Shown here in pieces: positions 45,751-54,582 of a DNA stretch of 64,000 nt. A program made the translations under genes and the position numbers. The notes below the pieces were generated by a model, which saw only the letters and a program-made list of their open reading frames with translations, was not told the DNA's origin and did no database searches. The stretch is from a virus: the IMG/VR virus record IMGVR_UViG_3300005533_000002, positions 1 to 64,000 of that record; one strand, written 5' to 3'. Numbering within the stretch: position 1 is the first letter of the stretch; each line of letters opens with the position of its first letter.

Positions 45751-47150
45751 GCTTCCAACTCTTTGGGCTGTTTTGCTGCACGCACAGACGCCAGTCGGTC
45801 GATGGCCAGTTGGGCGAGACGTGGGGATTGTTCGATGCCAAGGTAGCGGCGCCCGCCCAGCTCCAGGCAGACAACGCCAGCGGTTGCGGCCCCGGCGAAA
45901 AGCTCCACAACCATATCGCCTGGCTCCGAGTGCGCTTCGACGATGGGACGCGCCAGGGCGAGGGGCATTTGTTGCGGAAAATCAAGGATGCGTTCGGCCG
46001 AGTTGTCCGCCAGTAGGCGGATTTCCTGGTCGATACCCCAAACGTCGTTCCAGATTTTTCCGGTTTCCAGGGTGAATGGCGCCGGGTTGAACACGAAGCG
46101 CTTGTTATTCACGCGACAGCGCAGCACCGCCAAGTAGCTGTCGCTGAAGTCGCCACCGCGCGGCTTGCCGTAGGTGTAGTACCACGGGAAGAGTCGCGTT
46201 GTCATGCCGATGCGGTCTGCGATGGTACGGAAACGATGCTCGATAGCCGGATCACACACAATCCACATGGACCCGTCTGGCGTCAAACAGCGGAATGATT
46301 CCCCCATCCACTGTTCGGCCCATTGCCAGCGGCCGGGATCTTTTGGCGGACTGCCGTATTGTGTGAATGGCGGTTCGGTGATGACAAGACGAACCGTAGC
46401 CTTCTCAAGGCTATTGAGGGCCTGAATTACGTCCGAAACTTCGATCTTGTAGGATGGTTTGCCCTTGGTCCGCACCACTTCCTTGGCAGCCTTTCGGAGC
46501 TGGGCTTTCTTCTGTTTGCGCCTCATGAGTTTTTTGGCGTCGGTGATCGCCATTTCGCCGTCAAGCACAGACTGGAACAGCCGCTCACTGTACTGCTTGA
46601 TTCGCTTCACATCGTGGACGTACTGGCGATTAGTGCCGGCGATGCGTGCCGCCTGCTCGGCTGCCGCCCCAGCGGCCTTGGCTTCTTTTCCTTCCACCAA
46701 AACCGGTTCTTCTGACTCGGCGCCCTGTTGACCATCCGGCGCTTCCACTCGTGCCTTCGGCTTGGGCTGGCCACGAAGCTTCAAATTCGCCCTACCAGCA
46801 GCTTCTTGACGCGCCTTGGCCTCTTTGGCCAACTCGGGCTCGATAAGCAGGGCGAGAGCGGCCTTCTGGGCACTGCTAAGATGCCGGCGCGGCAGGTTCC
46901 ATGAGACGACGGCCCCTACGACGGACTGCGCCGGTTCTGGCCGCCATTCCTCTACGATCGGCTCTCGGCCCAGTTCCTCGCAGACCCGATAGCGCGTCCA
47001 GCCGTCGATTACTTTTCCCTCGTACAGTCTGATCGGCTCAAGCTGCCCCTTGGCAGAAATGTCCGCCTTGAGAGACTCGTAATCCTGCTCGTTGGCCGGT
47101 GGGATAAATTTGGCAACGGGGTGCTGCTGGTATTTTGGAGACGCCATCAA
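45747..47150 (-). CDS. ParB-N domain fused to a degenerate amino-methyltransferase domain
   Basis: GQLEPI...IDGWTRY...NLPRRHLS; TEPPF and ELFAGAAT in place of DPPY and DPFxGSGT. Confidence 0.75.
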   Translation of the reverse strand: MMASPKYQQHPVAKFIPPANEQDYESLKADISAKGQLEPIRLYEGKVIDGWTRYRVCEELGREPIVEEWRPEPAQSVVGAVVSWNLPRRHLSSAQKAALALLIEPELAKEAKARQEAAGRANLKLRGQPKPKARVEAPDGQQGAESEEPVLVEGKEAKAAGAAAEQAARIAGTNRQYVHDVKRIKQYSERLFQSVLDGEMAITDAKKLMRRKQKKAQLRKAAKEVVRTKGKPSYKIEVSDVIQALNSLEKATVRLVITEPPFTQYGSPPKDPGRWQWAEQWMGESFRCLTPDGSMWIVCDPAIEHRFRTIADRIGMTTRLFPWYYTYGKPRGGDFSDSYLAVLRCRVNNKRFVFNPAPFTLETGKIWNDVWGIDQEIRLLADNSAERILDFPQQMPLALARPIVEAHSEPGDMVVELFAGAATAGVVCLELGGRRYLGIEQSPRLAQLAIDRLASVRAAKQPKELEA

Positions 47151-47247
47151 ACCTTACCTCTGTCTTTGGACTCAAGGGCGCTGGTACGGTAAACTATAGA
47201 GGTTGCTACCGGTTTATGCTACTGGTTCTTGTGGGGTATTTGCAGCG

Positions 47248-48333
47248 ATGGCCAGCATCTGGCGTCCCATCTACACCGCTTCTGACGGCACAAGGCGACG
47301 TAGCCCAGTGTGGCGTATCGCGTATTTCGACGAGAACGGCGAACGGCACCAGATAGCAGGATTCCGGTCGAAGTCAGAAACTCTTGAACTGGCGAACAAA
47401 ATCGAGCAAGATATTAAGCGGGCCAAGCATGGCCTGCCGGCGGCAGCCAACGCCAACCTGCTCAAAACGGTGGATGAGGCCATCGAAGAGTATCTCGGCG
47501 AGCTGAAGCGTCTGGGACGGTCTAAATCACACTTAGCCAACGAACGCGGCTTTCTCGCCCGGCTGGCTTTCGCCTGCAACTGGAACGTACTGGGAAACCT
47601 ACGTGAGAGCCATTTGCTGGCGTACCTGGCGAAGCTGCACGATGAGGGCAAATCCCCCCGGACCCAGAATGCCTACCGGGACGCTGCATCGGCATTCGCG
47701 GGGTTCCTTGTGCGCAGGAAATGGCTGCCAGAGAATATGTTTCGTGCTGTGCCGAAGGCGAAACTAGCCGGGCGTAGACCCCGGCAGCGACGTGCCTTCA
47801 CGCAGGAAGAGTTCAGTAAACTAGCCGCTGTGCATCCGCAACGCGGCCCGGTGTACCAGGTTGCTGGATTGTCCGGGCTGCGGCGTGAAGAGCTAACGCT
47901 GCTGGAGTGCCAGGATTTTGTTCTCGGCGACTCGCCGCAGTGGCGCGTCCGTGGGGAAATCACGAAGGGGAAGCGTTATGAGATAGTGCCGATGCTGCCC
48001 GAGTGCGCAGAGATACTGGCGCGAATCTGCGCCGGCAAGGCCGCGACGGATCGGGTTTTCGCCAGCGTACCCATCCCGCGAACCTTTAACCTGGATTTGA
48101 CTCGGGCCGGCATCAAGAAGAGAGACGAACGCGGACGGCAGGCCGATTTCCACGGGCTGCGGTACTTCTTCTGCACGTTGGCGGGGCGAAAGCTGGCGAT
48201 TCAAGTTGTGCGGGCTCTGATGCGCCATCGTGATATCCGCACTACCTGCAATCTCTACATGGACCTTGGAATTGAAGACGTGGCACAGGCAGCTTGGAAG
48301 CTACCCAGGCTACTGGTATACGGTTGTGATTAA
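47248..48333 (+). CDS. int: Tyrosine integrase
   Basis: SGLRREEL, TKG, FHGLR, MRHRDIRTT..Y catalytic set; adjacent att core. Confidence 0.95.
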   Translation: MASIWRPIYTASDGTRRRSPVWRIAYFDENGERHQIAGFRSKSETLELANKIEQDIKRAKHGLPAAANANLLKTVDEAIEEYLGELKRLGRSKSHLANERGFLARLAFACNWNVLGNLRESHLLAYLAKLHDEGKSPRTQNAYRDAASAFAGFLVRRKWLPENMFRAVPKAKLAGRRPRQRRAFTQEEFSKLAAVHPQRGPVYQVAGLSGLRREELTLLECQDFVLGDSPQWRVRGEITKGKRYEIVPMLPECAEILARICAGKAATDRVFASVPIPRTFNLDLTRAGIKKRDERGRQADFHGLRYFFCTLAGRKLAIQVVRALMRHRDIRTTCNLYMDLGIEDVAQAAWKLPRLLVYGCD

Positions 48334-48340
48334 GTATACT

Positions 48341-48592
<252 letters not shown>

Positions 48593-48726
48593 GCGGTAGC
48601 TGCGCCTGGTAGCGAAAGATCGATTTGTAATTCTAGATGTAACTCGTATTGACTTACAAGTGGCGGTAGTCTAGGATAGAGTGTGTGTGGAAGAGGAGTC
48701 AAAAGTAACACAACGGAGACTCAAAA

Positions 48727-48930
48727 ATGGAATCAGAAATCAAACTTGTTACGATTCTCGATACAGAAGAGACGGCAGAGCCTTTTGCCGAGGTCCACCT
48801 GATTGGCAAGGAACACGAGATTTACTGCGGCCCAGTGCATAGATGGGCTGGCAGATTGTGGATTAGTTACAAAAACGAGCCCCTGGAAGTGGCTTGGCTT
48901 CATGGGAACCAATACGAGGAACGTAATTAA
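48727..48930 (+). CDS. Small hypothetical early protein
   Basis: GGAG RBS; TTGACT-N17-TAGGAT promoter-like sequence ~48649-48677. Confidence 0.6.
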   Translation: MESEIKLVTILDTEETAEPFAEVHLIGKEHEIYCGPVHRWAGRLWISYKNEPLEVAWLHGNQYEERN

Positions 48931-49172
48931 CCGATCTGATAGAAATTTTGAGGATCACAAATGCCTACCAAGTCAAACGCGCCGCGAACCCCCGAAAACC
49001 TGTCTCGGGACAAACAGTATGCAGCGATGGACTTTCGCCTGTTCTGTGCATCTCGGCTCGCACGTCGGCCCCGCCGTGAGTGCGGTTACGACCGGAAGCG
49101 AGTCGGAACTTCCCACTGCCCGTATTGCGGCAAGGACCCAAGGTGAAACCTGTGATTGAAAGGAAAAGAGCG

Positions 49173-49463
49173 ATGGCAGCACGCAAGAAGAAAGTCGAAA
49201 AGGCAATGAGATTGCCGTCTGAGGAGCTGAGGGAACTAGTTGAGCTAGCTAAGACTCTCAACGTATCAGAGGATACGTTCGAGGGCGAGATTGAGGATTG
49301 TGCCAATGATGACGCGAAAATGATGGCCGAAGAAATCAACGGCGGCACTTGGTACACGAAGCTTGAGTTCCTCTTTTCTCACGGCTTCCGTATGGAAAGA
49401 CTGCGGGGGCTTTTGCAAGAGAACGCCCCGAAGCAGGGCGGGCAAGGAGAAGAGAAGCAATGA
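49173..49463 (+). CDS. Acidic hypothetical protein
   Basis: AAGGA RBS; coupled to next gene. Confidence 0.6.
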   Translation: MAARKKKVEKAMRLPSEELRELVELAKTLNVSEDTFEGEIEDCANDDAKMMAEEINGGTWYTKLEFLFSHGFRMERLRGLLQENAPKQGGQGEEKQ

Positions 49464-49759
49464 CGCCAACTTTGAAAAACTTCCGCCAAGCCAAGAAACG
49501 TTACTCGGACATGCTCGTCCTCATGCTTGTGGACGATTTCTGTGAAACGTTTGACGAAGACGCCCGAACGGTTTCTCGGGAACTTGGCCTATCCGTCATT
49601 GCAAGGGACGGGGTGGATGCGACGGTTGGCTTTCCCCAACGAAACCTAGAAACATACCTGGGGAAACTTTTGAAGGCCGGCCATCGCGTAGCCGTGTGCG
49701 AACCGGTCACAAAAACCAAGATTCCCAAAAATAAAATCACTCGGCAGGTGATCGAATGA
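49460..49759 (+). CDS. Stand-alone MutS domain I (mismatch-binding) protein
   Basis: TP...KKRYSDMLVLMLVDDFCETFDEDARTVSRELGL...GFP...YLGKLLKAGHRVAVCE. Confidence 0.85.
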   Translation: MTPTLKNFRQAKKRYSDMLVLMLVDDFCETFDEDARTVSRELGLSVIARDGVDATVGFPQRNLETYLGKLLKAGHRVAVCEPVTKTKIPKNKITRQVIE

Positions 49760-50127
49760 TTTACCTACTCCATTTTGACCGGCCGCTAGCCCACGCATCC
49801 CACTATCTGGGATACACCAAGGACGGACAGTCTTTGGAGGCTCGCCTTGAGCAACATCGGTCCGGGCGCGGCGCCCGTCTGATGGCCGTCATCAAGGAGG
49901 CCGGCATCGGCTTTACGCTGGTGCGGACGTGGGAAGGCGGCCGTACAGAGGAACGGCTACTCAAAAAACTGAAATGCGGACCAAGGCTTTGCCCGATCTG
50001 TAACCCAAAAGTCTCAACAGAAGGAGAGCAACCGCGCAACGAACAAAAACCAAAACTGGCCGCCGGTACGGCGTTGACCCGGCAACCACAAAGCGCGAGT
50101 ACAGTGAGCGAGAGTTTGAGTTTTTGA
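49756..50127 (+). CDS. Small GIY-YIG-like endonuclease
   Basis: IYLLHF...HYLGYT...RLEQHRSGRGA...EERLLK...CPIC. Confidence 0.75.
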   Translation: MIYLLHFDRPLAHASHYLGYTKDGQSLEARLEQHRSGRGARLMAVIKEAGIGFTLVRTWEGGRTEERLLKKLKCGPRLCPICNPKVSTEGEQPRNEQKPKLAAGTALTRQPQSASTVSESLSF

Positions 50128-50261
50128 AGGCGATGCAGCGATACAAAACCGAGAACCGCCGCCCATTCCCGACACTCAGCGAGACGCTCGAAGTCCTGCA
50201 CGCCATCGGATATCGCAAAGTGGCCGAGCCCGAGCAACTGCCAGGGTTGTGTCGGCCGTGA
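50034..50261 (+). CDS. Planctomycete-type small protein, missed by the track, with GCG at the start position
   Basis: RRYGVDPATTKREYSEREFEFLKAMQRYKTENRRPFPTLSETLEVLHAIGYRK; AAGGAG RBS at 50021. Confidence 0.6.
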   Translation, partial: AQRTKTKTGRRYGVDPATTKREYSEREFEFLKAMQRYKTENRRPFPTLSETLEVLHAIGYRKVAEPEQLPGLCRP

Positions 50262-50278
50262 CAGAGTGGAGGTTGACA

Positions 50279-50620
50279 ATGAGTTGGGAAATTGAAACTG
50301 AGGCTGAAGCCGAAGCGAGACGAAAAACCGGAGCCATCGACGGCCGCTTTCAGGTTTGTCATCCAGCCGCCGGCTTTGTAGATTCGGCCAATACGCTCGC
50401 TGAGGCGTTTGAGATTGCAGACCGGTACGCGGCACGCAAGATGCCAGATGGCGGGCTTTTTCTTGGCGATCCGTTCGAAATTGAAGTGTATGACCGAATG
50501 GCTAGGCGCGGGAGGGCAAGAACATGGAGAAGGCGGCCAAAAAACGGCACCTACTCAGTCAAGTATGGAGACAAGTTTAGCAAGGACGCCTTTTGGCAAT
50601 GCGTAGATATTCGCAACTAG
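50279..50620 (+). CDS. Hypothetical protein
   Basis: GGAGGT RBS. Confidence 0.6.
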   Translation: MSWEIETEAEAEARRKTGAIDGRFQVCHPAAGFVDSANTLAEAFEIADRYAARKMPDGGLFLGDPFEIEVYDRMARRGRARTWRRRPKNGTYSVKYGDKFSKDAFWQCVDIRN

Positions 50621-50686
50621 AAGTTGGGCCGGCGGCCGTGTCAGCGGCCCCGGCCCGTGGACTCAAACCGCAATGGAGTTTGAATC

Positions 50687-51358
50687 ATGAGCAAGTCTAC
50701 CAGCGATTGGACTGAACGTCACCCCGAAGATATCGTCATCACCGATACCGAAGACGACTTGTGCGCCCTCTGCGGCGGCGAAGAGTGCATTCTGAACCCG
50801 GATTACATTACCTGGGAAGAAACCGAGTGCGAGCGGCTTCCCTGGTGGGTACAGAACGATTCACGCCGGCATGGGCCGTGCGGCGGCCAACGACAGTGGG
50901 ACGAAGACGTTGGCGCTCCGCCGCGATACATCCCTTGCCCCCGTTGCGGCAGTCCGAGCACCATGCCGGAAGCGGCCCGCAAGGTTTGGCGTGAAGGTAT
51001 CCTGCCCAATATAAGCACCGAAGGATTGCAGGCGCTACGGTTGGCCTTACTCAAGGATGACAAAGCGTTGATTCAAGGTGCCACCACGAACCCGCCGGCG
51101 TTCCAATCGTTCCTGGAATGCCCAGTGCACGGATGCTGCCTGATCTGCTACACCGGCTGGAAAGGGCTCGGGCTCGATACGATTGCCGATGTCGAAGATT
51201 ACTTTTCCGGACTGTGCCACGCGGCCGAAGAGCGCTTGGGCGAGCCGGCGGTCACCCGCTACCTCATGAGCTGGTACGACGAAACGCCACGAGAGCAGAT
51301 GCTGGCAACCATGCTGGCAGAAGTCCACGCAAACCTTGCTGAGCGTGCCAAATCGTAG
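50687..51358 (+). CDS. CxxC-containing protein with Gemmataceae-type C-terminal domain
   Basis: RKVWREG...GLQAL...LIQGATT.PP...RLGEPA...WYDETPREQM; family attribution from memory. Confidence 0.65.
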   Translation: MSKSTSDWTERHPEDIVITDTEDDLCALCGGEECILNPDYITWEETECERLPWWVQNDSRRHGPCGGQRQWDEDVGAPPRYIPCPRCGSPSTMPEAARKVWREGILPNISTEGLQALRLALLKDDKALIQGATTNPPAFQSFLECPVHGCCLICYTGWKGLGLDTIADVEDYFSGLCHAAEERLGEPAVTRYLMSWYDETPREQMLATMLAEVHANLAERAKS

Positions 51359-51364
51359 TACACT

Positions 51365-51622
51365 GTGGGTGCCAAAATGCAACACGAAAAGGGGGAACAC
51401 ATGGCAGGGCACCCAAGGGAAGATTCGCCAATGTTTGAACATGGCCGGGAAAATCTCTCGAAGACTGTAAGCGTCAGGATGACAGAACGGGAGTTTGACT
51501 TTCTGAACAAAGAGGCCGAGCGGACTGGGCTGGGCAAGGCGGATATCCTTCGCCGGGCGCTCGGACTGCTGTACAACATGGCGCATGGTGAGATCGACAA
51601 AATCCTAAAGAGGAGAAAGTGA
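51365..51622 (+). CDS. CopG/RHH regulator
   Basis: VSVRMTEREFDFLNKEAERTGLGKADILRRAL. Confidence 0.75.
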   Translation: MGAKMQHEKGEHMAGHPREDSPMFEHGRENLSKTVSVRMTEREFDFLNKEAERTGLGKADILRRALGLLYNMAHGEIDKILKRRK

Positions 51623-51623
51623 A

Positions 51624-51824
51624 ATGCTGTTCTTCAAGTGGATTAGGGACCAGATACGCCAAGCCGTAGTGGCCGGCTTCCAGGACGGCATGGAAGACCT
51701 GAACAACATGGCCGCCGCGAACGCTCCAGCGACGTCCGATAAGCTACTCGGGCGGTTCGACCGAGTTCTTTCCATGACCGCTACGGAAGCGGCGGGGCCG
51801 GTCGAGAAGAAGGCGAAAAGATGA
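51624..51824 (+). CDS. Small hypothetical protein
   Basis: GAGGAG RBS; last gene before terminator. Confidence 0.6.
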   Translation: MLFFKWIRDQIRQAVVAGFQDGMEDLNNMAAANAPATSDKLLGRFDRVLSMTATEAAGPVEKKAKR

Positions 51825-51851
51825 GTGGCTTGATTGGGGCGCCAGTTGGCG

Positions 51852-51897
51852 AACAAAAGGGGCCGCAGCAGATATTCTGCTGCGGCCCCTTTTTGTT
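51852..51897. terminator. Bidirectional intrinsic terminator between convergent operons
   Basis: AAAAGGGGCCGCAGCAGA-TAT-TCTGCTGCGGCCCCTTTTT. Confidence 0.9.
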
Positions 51898-51913
51898 GTG
51901 GCGATCTGCTTGG

Positions 51914-52225
51914 TTAGCGATGGTGATGGTGCCAGCGGTATCCGTGCCACGGACGATAGTAAAGCGGCGCCCAGAAGCCAACTGGTCCCACGCGAATGCC
52001 GACTGCCGGGGCAGGTGCCACCACTACCGGCGGAGCAGCCGGGACAACCAGGACCGGCGGTTGGCAATCGCAGCGTGGATTACATTGGTACGCCGGCCCG
52101 CACTGGCACTGCGGACCGCATGGGCAGCCGGGGCAGCATTCACAGCCGGCACTGGCGATTCCGGCACCAGCCAACAGCAACGCGGCAAGCATGGCTAAGA
52201 CAGTCAAAATTTTGACAGACTGCAT
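51914..52225 (-). CDS. Small secreted Cys-rich protein with His-rich tail
   Basis: Signal peptide, CECCPGCPCGPQCQC..., WHHHHR; AAGGAGG RBS. Confidence 0.65.
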   Translation of the reverse strand: MQSVKILTVLAMLAALLLAGAGIASAGCECCPGCPCGPQCQCGPAYQCNPRCDCQPPVLVVPAAPPVVVAPAPAVGIRVGPVGFWAPLYYRPWHGYRWHHHHR

Positions 52226-52238
52226 ATCGGAACCTCCT

Positions 52239-52487
52239 TCAGATTGAGAACTGTTTGCGAAGCTCGGCAATGTGTTGTTCGAGTGCCTGCCTGGCACGCT
52301 CGGCGGCCACGTCGGCATCGGCCTTCTTCTTGGTCGCGTCCTGATGCGCAACATGAAGCCTGCCGAGCTGCGTTGCCAGGTCGTTCAGCGGCTTGGGAAT
52401 TTTCTCCATAATGCCAGCTCCCGTCTCGATGCCAATAACCAAGGCAACACAGCACGCGCCGATCATGAGCAGCAAATCAACGTTCAT
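52239..52487 (-). CDS. Membrane-anchored coiled-coil protein
   Basis: N-terminal transmembrane segment then helical region. Confidence 0.55.
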   Translation of the reverse strand: MNVDLLLMIGACCVALVIGIETGAGIMEKIPKPLNDLATQLGRLHVAHQDATKKKADADVAAERARQALEQHIAELRKQFSI

Positions 52488-53326
52488 CGGGCTGCCGGCC
52501 ACAACGCCGGCCTCCAGCCGCTGAACTTCTGGTATCCGGCTGGCGGGCCATTGGCGGATGCCGGCGGCACACCGAGCGGAATGGACTGAAGCGGACTACC
52601 TTGGGGAGTAGGCGCTGGGCTCGCTTGCGGAGTGGGCGCCGGTTCAGCCTTGGGCATTTGCGGCACTGGAACCGGTTGCGGCTGCTGCGGAGTTGGTGCC
52701 GGCACAGGAGATGATTGGCTTGGTGGCACCAGCGGAATAATCTGCTGCGGCCCCTGGCCCAACGGGATGTTTTGCTGGGGAAGCGTCCCAATAGGAATGT
52801 TTTGAATCGGTGGTCCGCCCAGTGGGATATCTTGGCGCGGTGGTCCGCCCAGCGGGATGTTTTGCAACGGCGGACCGCCTAGCGGGATGTTTTGCAACGG
52901 CGGATACTGCGGGTTGAATTGCGGCTGCGGCGCCGGCTGATTGATGATAATCGGCGGCAACTGTTGCGGATGCGCCTGCTGCTGAAGCTGGTTGATCTGA
53001 TTCTGAAGCTGCTGTTCCAACTTCAATAGACGCTGCTCATGGTTGGCCCGGAATGGCAACACAAAGCCGCGCGATTGGGCCGATGCCATTCCGGGCAACA
53101 GAAGCAAGCAGAGCAAGATTCCAGTCGCCTTGATGGCCGCGCTCGGCGGTTGGTCTTTCGGATCTTTGATCGGTGACGGCAGCAGATGCGTCAAAATGGC
53201 ATAGAGACAGCCAAGGACGGCCGCCGGCGTCGGATTCTGTGCCAAATACTGTTGGATCTGAGTGCTGTACGCGGTAGCAACCATCACTAGGACTGGCAAG
53301 ACAGAGGGAAGCCAATTCGTGTTCAT
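52484..53326 (-). CDS. Membrane protein (holin-like N-terminus) with Pro/Gln-rich decapeptide repeats
   Basis: Three hydrophobic segments; PPLQNIPLGG-type unit about six times (30-nt repeats ~52725-52905). Confidence 0.65.
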   Translation of the reverse strand: MNTNWLPSVLPVLVMVATAYSTQIQQYLAQNPTPAAVLGCLYAILTHLLPSPIKDPKDQPPSAAIKATGILLCLLLLPGMASAQSRGFVLPFRANHEQRLLKLEQQLQNQINQLQQQAHPQQLPPIIINQPAPQPQFNPQYPPLQNIPLGGPPLQNIPLGGPPRQDIPLGGPPIQNIPIGTLPQQNIPLGQGPQQIIPLVPPSQSSPVPAPTPQQPQPVPVPQMPKAEPAPTPQASPAPTPQGSPLQSIPLGVPPASANGPPAGYQKFSGWRPALWPAAR

Positions 53327-53370
53327 GGGCGATACTCCTGCCCCGCACGGGGGCAATGCGTTGTCTATCG

Positions 53371-54108
53371 TCAGCCGCCGCCGGGGCATGGCTGTGGTCG
53401 AAAGTATTGACGCTCCGGCTGCCATATCGGTTGCAGTGGCTGCTGTTGCTGGTTCTGCTGTGCGTTGTGCTTGGCCCGGTAGCGATCCAAAAAGTTGTGG
53501 ATTGTGGCAAGGTCTACATACATCCCTCGCCGGCTTGGGGAAGAGTAAGGAGTCTCGTATCCTTGACATGTTCCGATGAGCTGCCCCTTCGTGATATCGA
53601 TCAGTCCGCCGCCGCTGCGGCCGTGCCACGGCTTTTCGCGCGTGTACCACGTCCCGCCCTCATCGCTGAGAATCGTCGTGGGCACCTGGTGCATGGGGAA
53701 TTCCATCTTGTCGAAGCCGCACGAGAGAATGTTGTCCCCAGACGGATTGAATCCGCGCGGCGCCACGGGGGCAACATACTCAAGCGGACCATCGTTGAGC
53801 AGCACAAGCGACAGATCGGCCTCGTAGTCCAGAAACACCAGTTTCGAGCCTACTTGCTTCGGCGGCCCCTGGTTCGCCCGGCAGATATCGAAGACCATCG
53901 GTTTGTTGCGACTGCTTCCTTGGTAAGCGTGGCCACAGCCGAGAATCCAGCTGTAGCCCTGTGCGGTATCGATTACCGTTGCCGATGCTCCATGCGAAGG
54001 GATGCGCACAACCGCATACTGCTCGTTGGCGGCATTGGCAACTTGGGCAATGACGCCAACGAGCACCGCAGCCAGCGAAGTGGCCAGCAGGGGGGCAGAG
54101 AATTTCAT
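53371..54108 (-). CDS. Secreted trypsin-like serine protease
   Basis: Signal peptide; triad LGCGHAY, ADLSLV, HGRSGGGL. Confidence 0.85.
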   Translation of the reverse strand: MKFSAPLLATSLAAVLVGVIAQVANAANEQYAVVRIPSHGASATVIDTAQGYSWILGCGHAYQGSSRNKPMVFDICRANQGPPKQVGSKLVFLDYEADLSLVLLNDGPLEYVAPVAPRGFNPSGDNILSCGFDKMEFPMHQVPTTILSDEGGTWYTREKPWHGRSGGGLIDITKGQLIGTCQGYETPYSSPSRRGMYVDLATIHNFLDRYRAKHNAQQNQQQQPLQPIWQPERQYFRPQPCPGGG

Positions 54109-54135
54109 GGGCGAAACCTCGGCGTTGAGGTTGTC

Positions 54136-54567
54136 TTATCCAGCGGCAGCGCCAGCCAGGGCGCCGCTCACGGCTTGAGCCACACCGGCAACCGTGCTGG
54201 CGATTTGCGACACTTGGCCAACCGCCGTTCCCAGTGGAATCGGATTGGAGCTGACCGGGCCGGACGGAGCCGACGTAGCCGGCGGCGATGCCGGACCGAC
54301 TGGCTTGGCCGGCGCGGGAATCGGGGTCACAACGGGCTTCGGCAGCACTGGATCGGGCCAGATTCCAGTTTGGTCCTGGAACGCCTGGAGCAAGACGGCA
54401 TAGAAAATCTTCGCGCCTTCGTACAGCGCGACGTTCTTCGACTGCTCGGCCGCGTCCTTAAACGTCGGGTCTACGTTGACCGGACTGGCGCCGAATTCGG
54501 CGGCCGCCAGGACGCACGATGCGTTCATCAGCATCGCTTTAATTTGTGCGGTTGGAAGATCAGTCAT
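54136..54567 (-). CDS. Hypothetical Pro/Ala-rich protein
   Basis: GAGGAG RBS. Confidence 0.65.
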   Translation of the reverse strand: MTDLPTAQIKAMLMNASCVLAAAEFGASPVNVDPTFKDAAEQSKNVALYEGAKIFYAVLLQAFQDQTGIWPDPVLPKPVVTPIPAPAKPVGPASPPATSAPSGPVSSNPIPLGTAVGQVSQIASTVAGVAQAVSGALAGAAAG

Positions 54568-54582
54568 GGGCGATACTCCTCG

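Noticed and set aside
52725-52905. 30-nt tandem repeats as a non-coding array
   Set aside because: Explained by the PPLQNIPLGG coding repeat; variation largely preserves the peptide.
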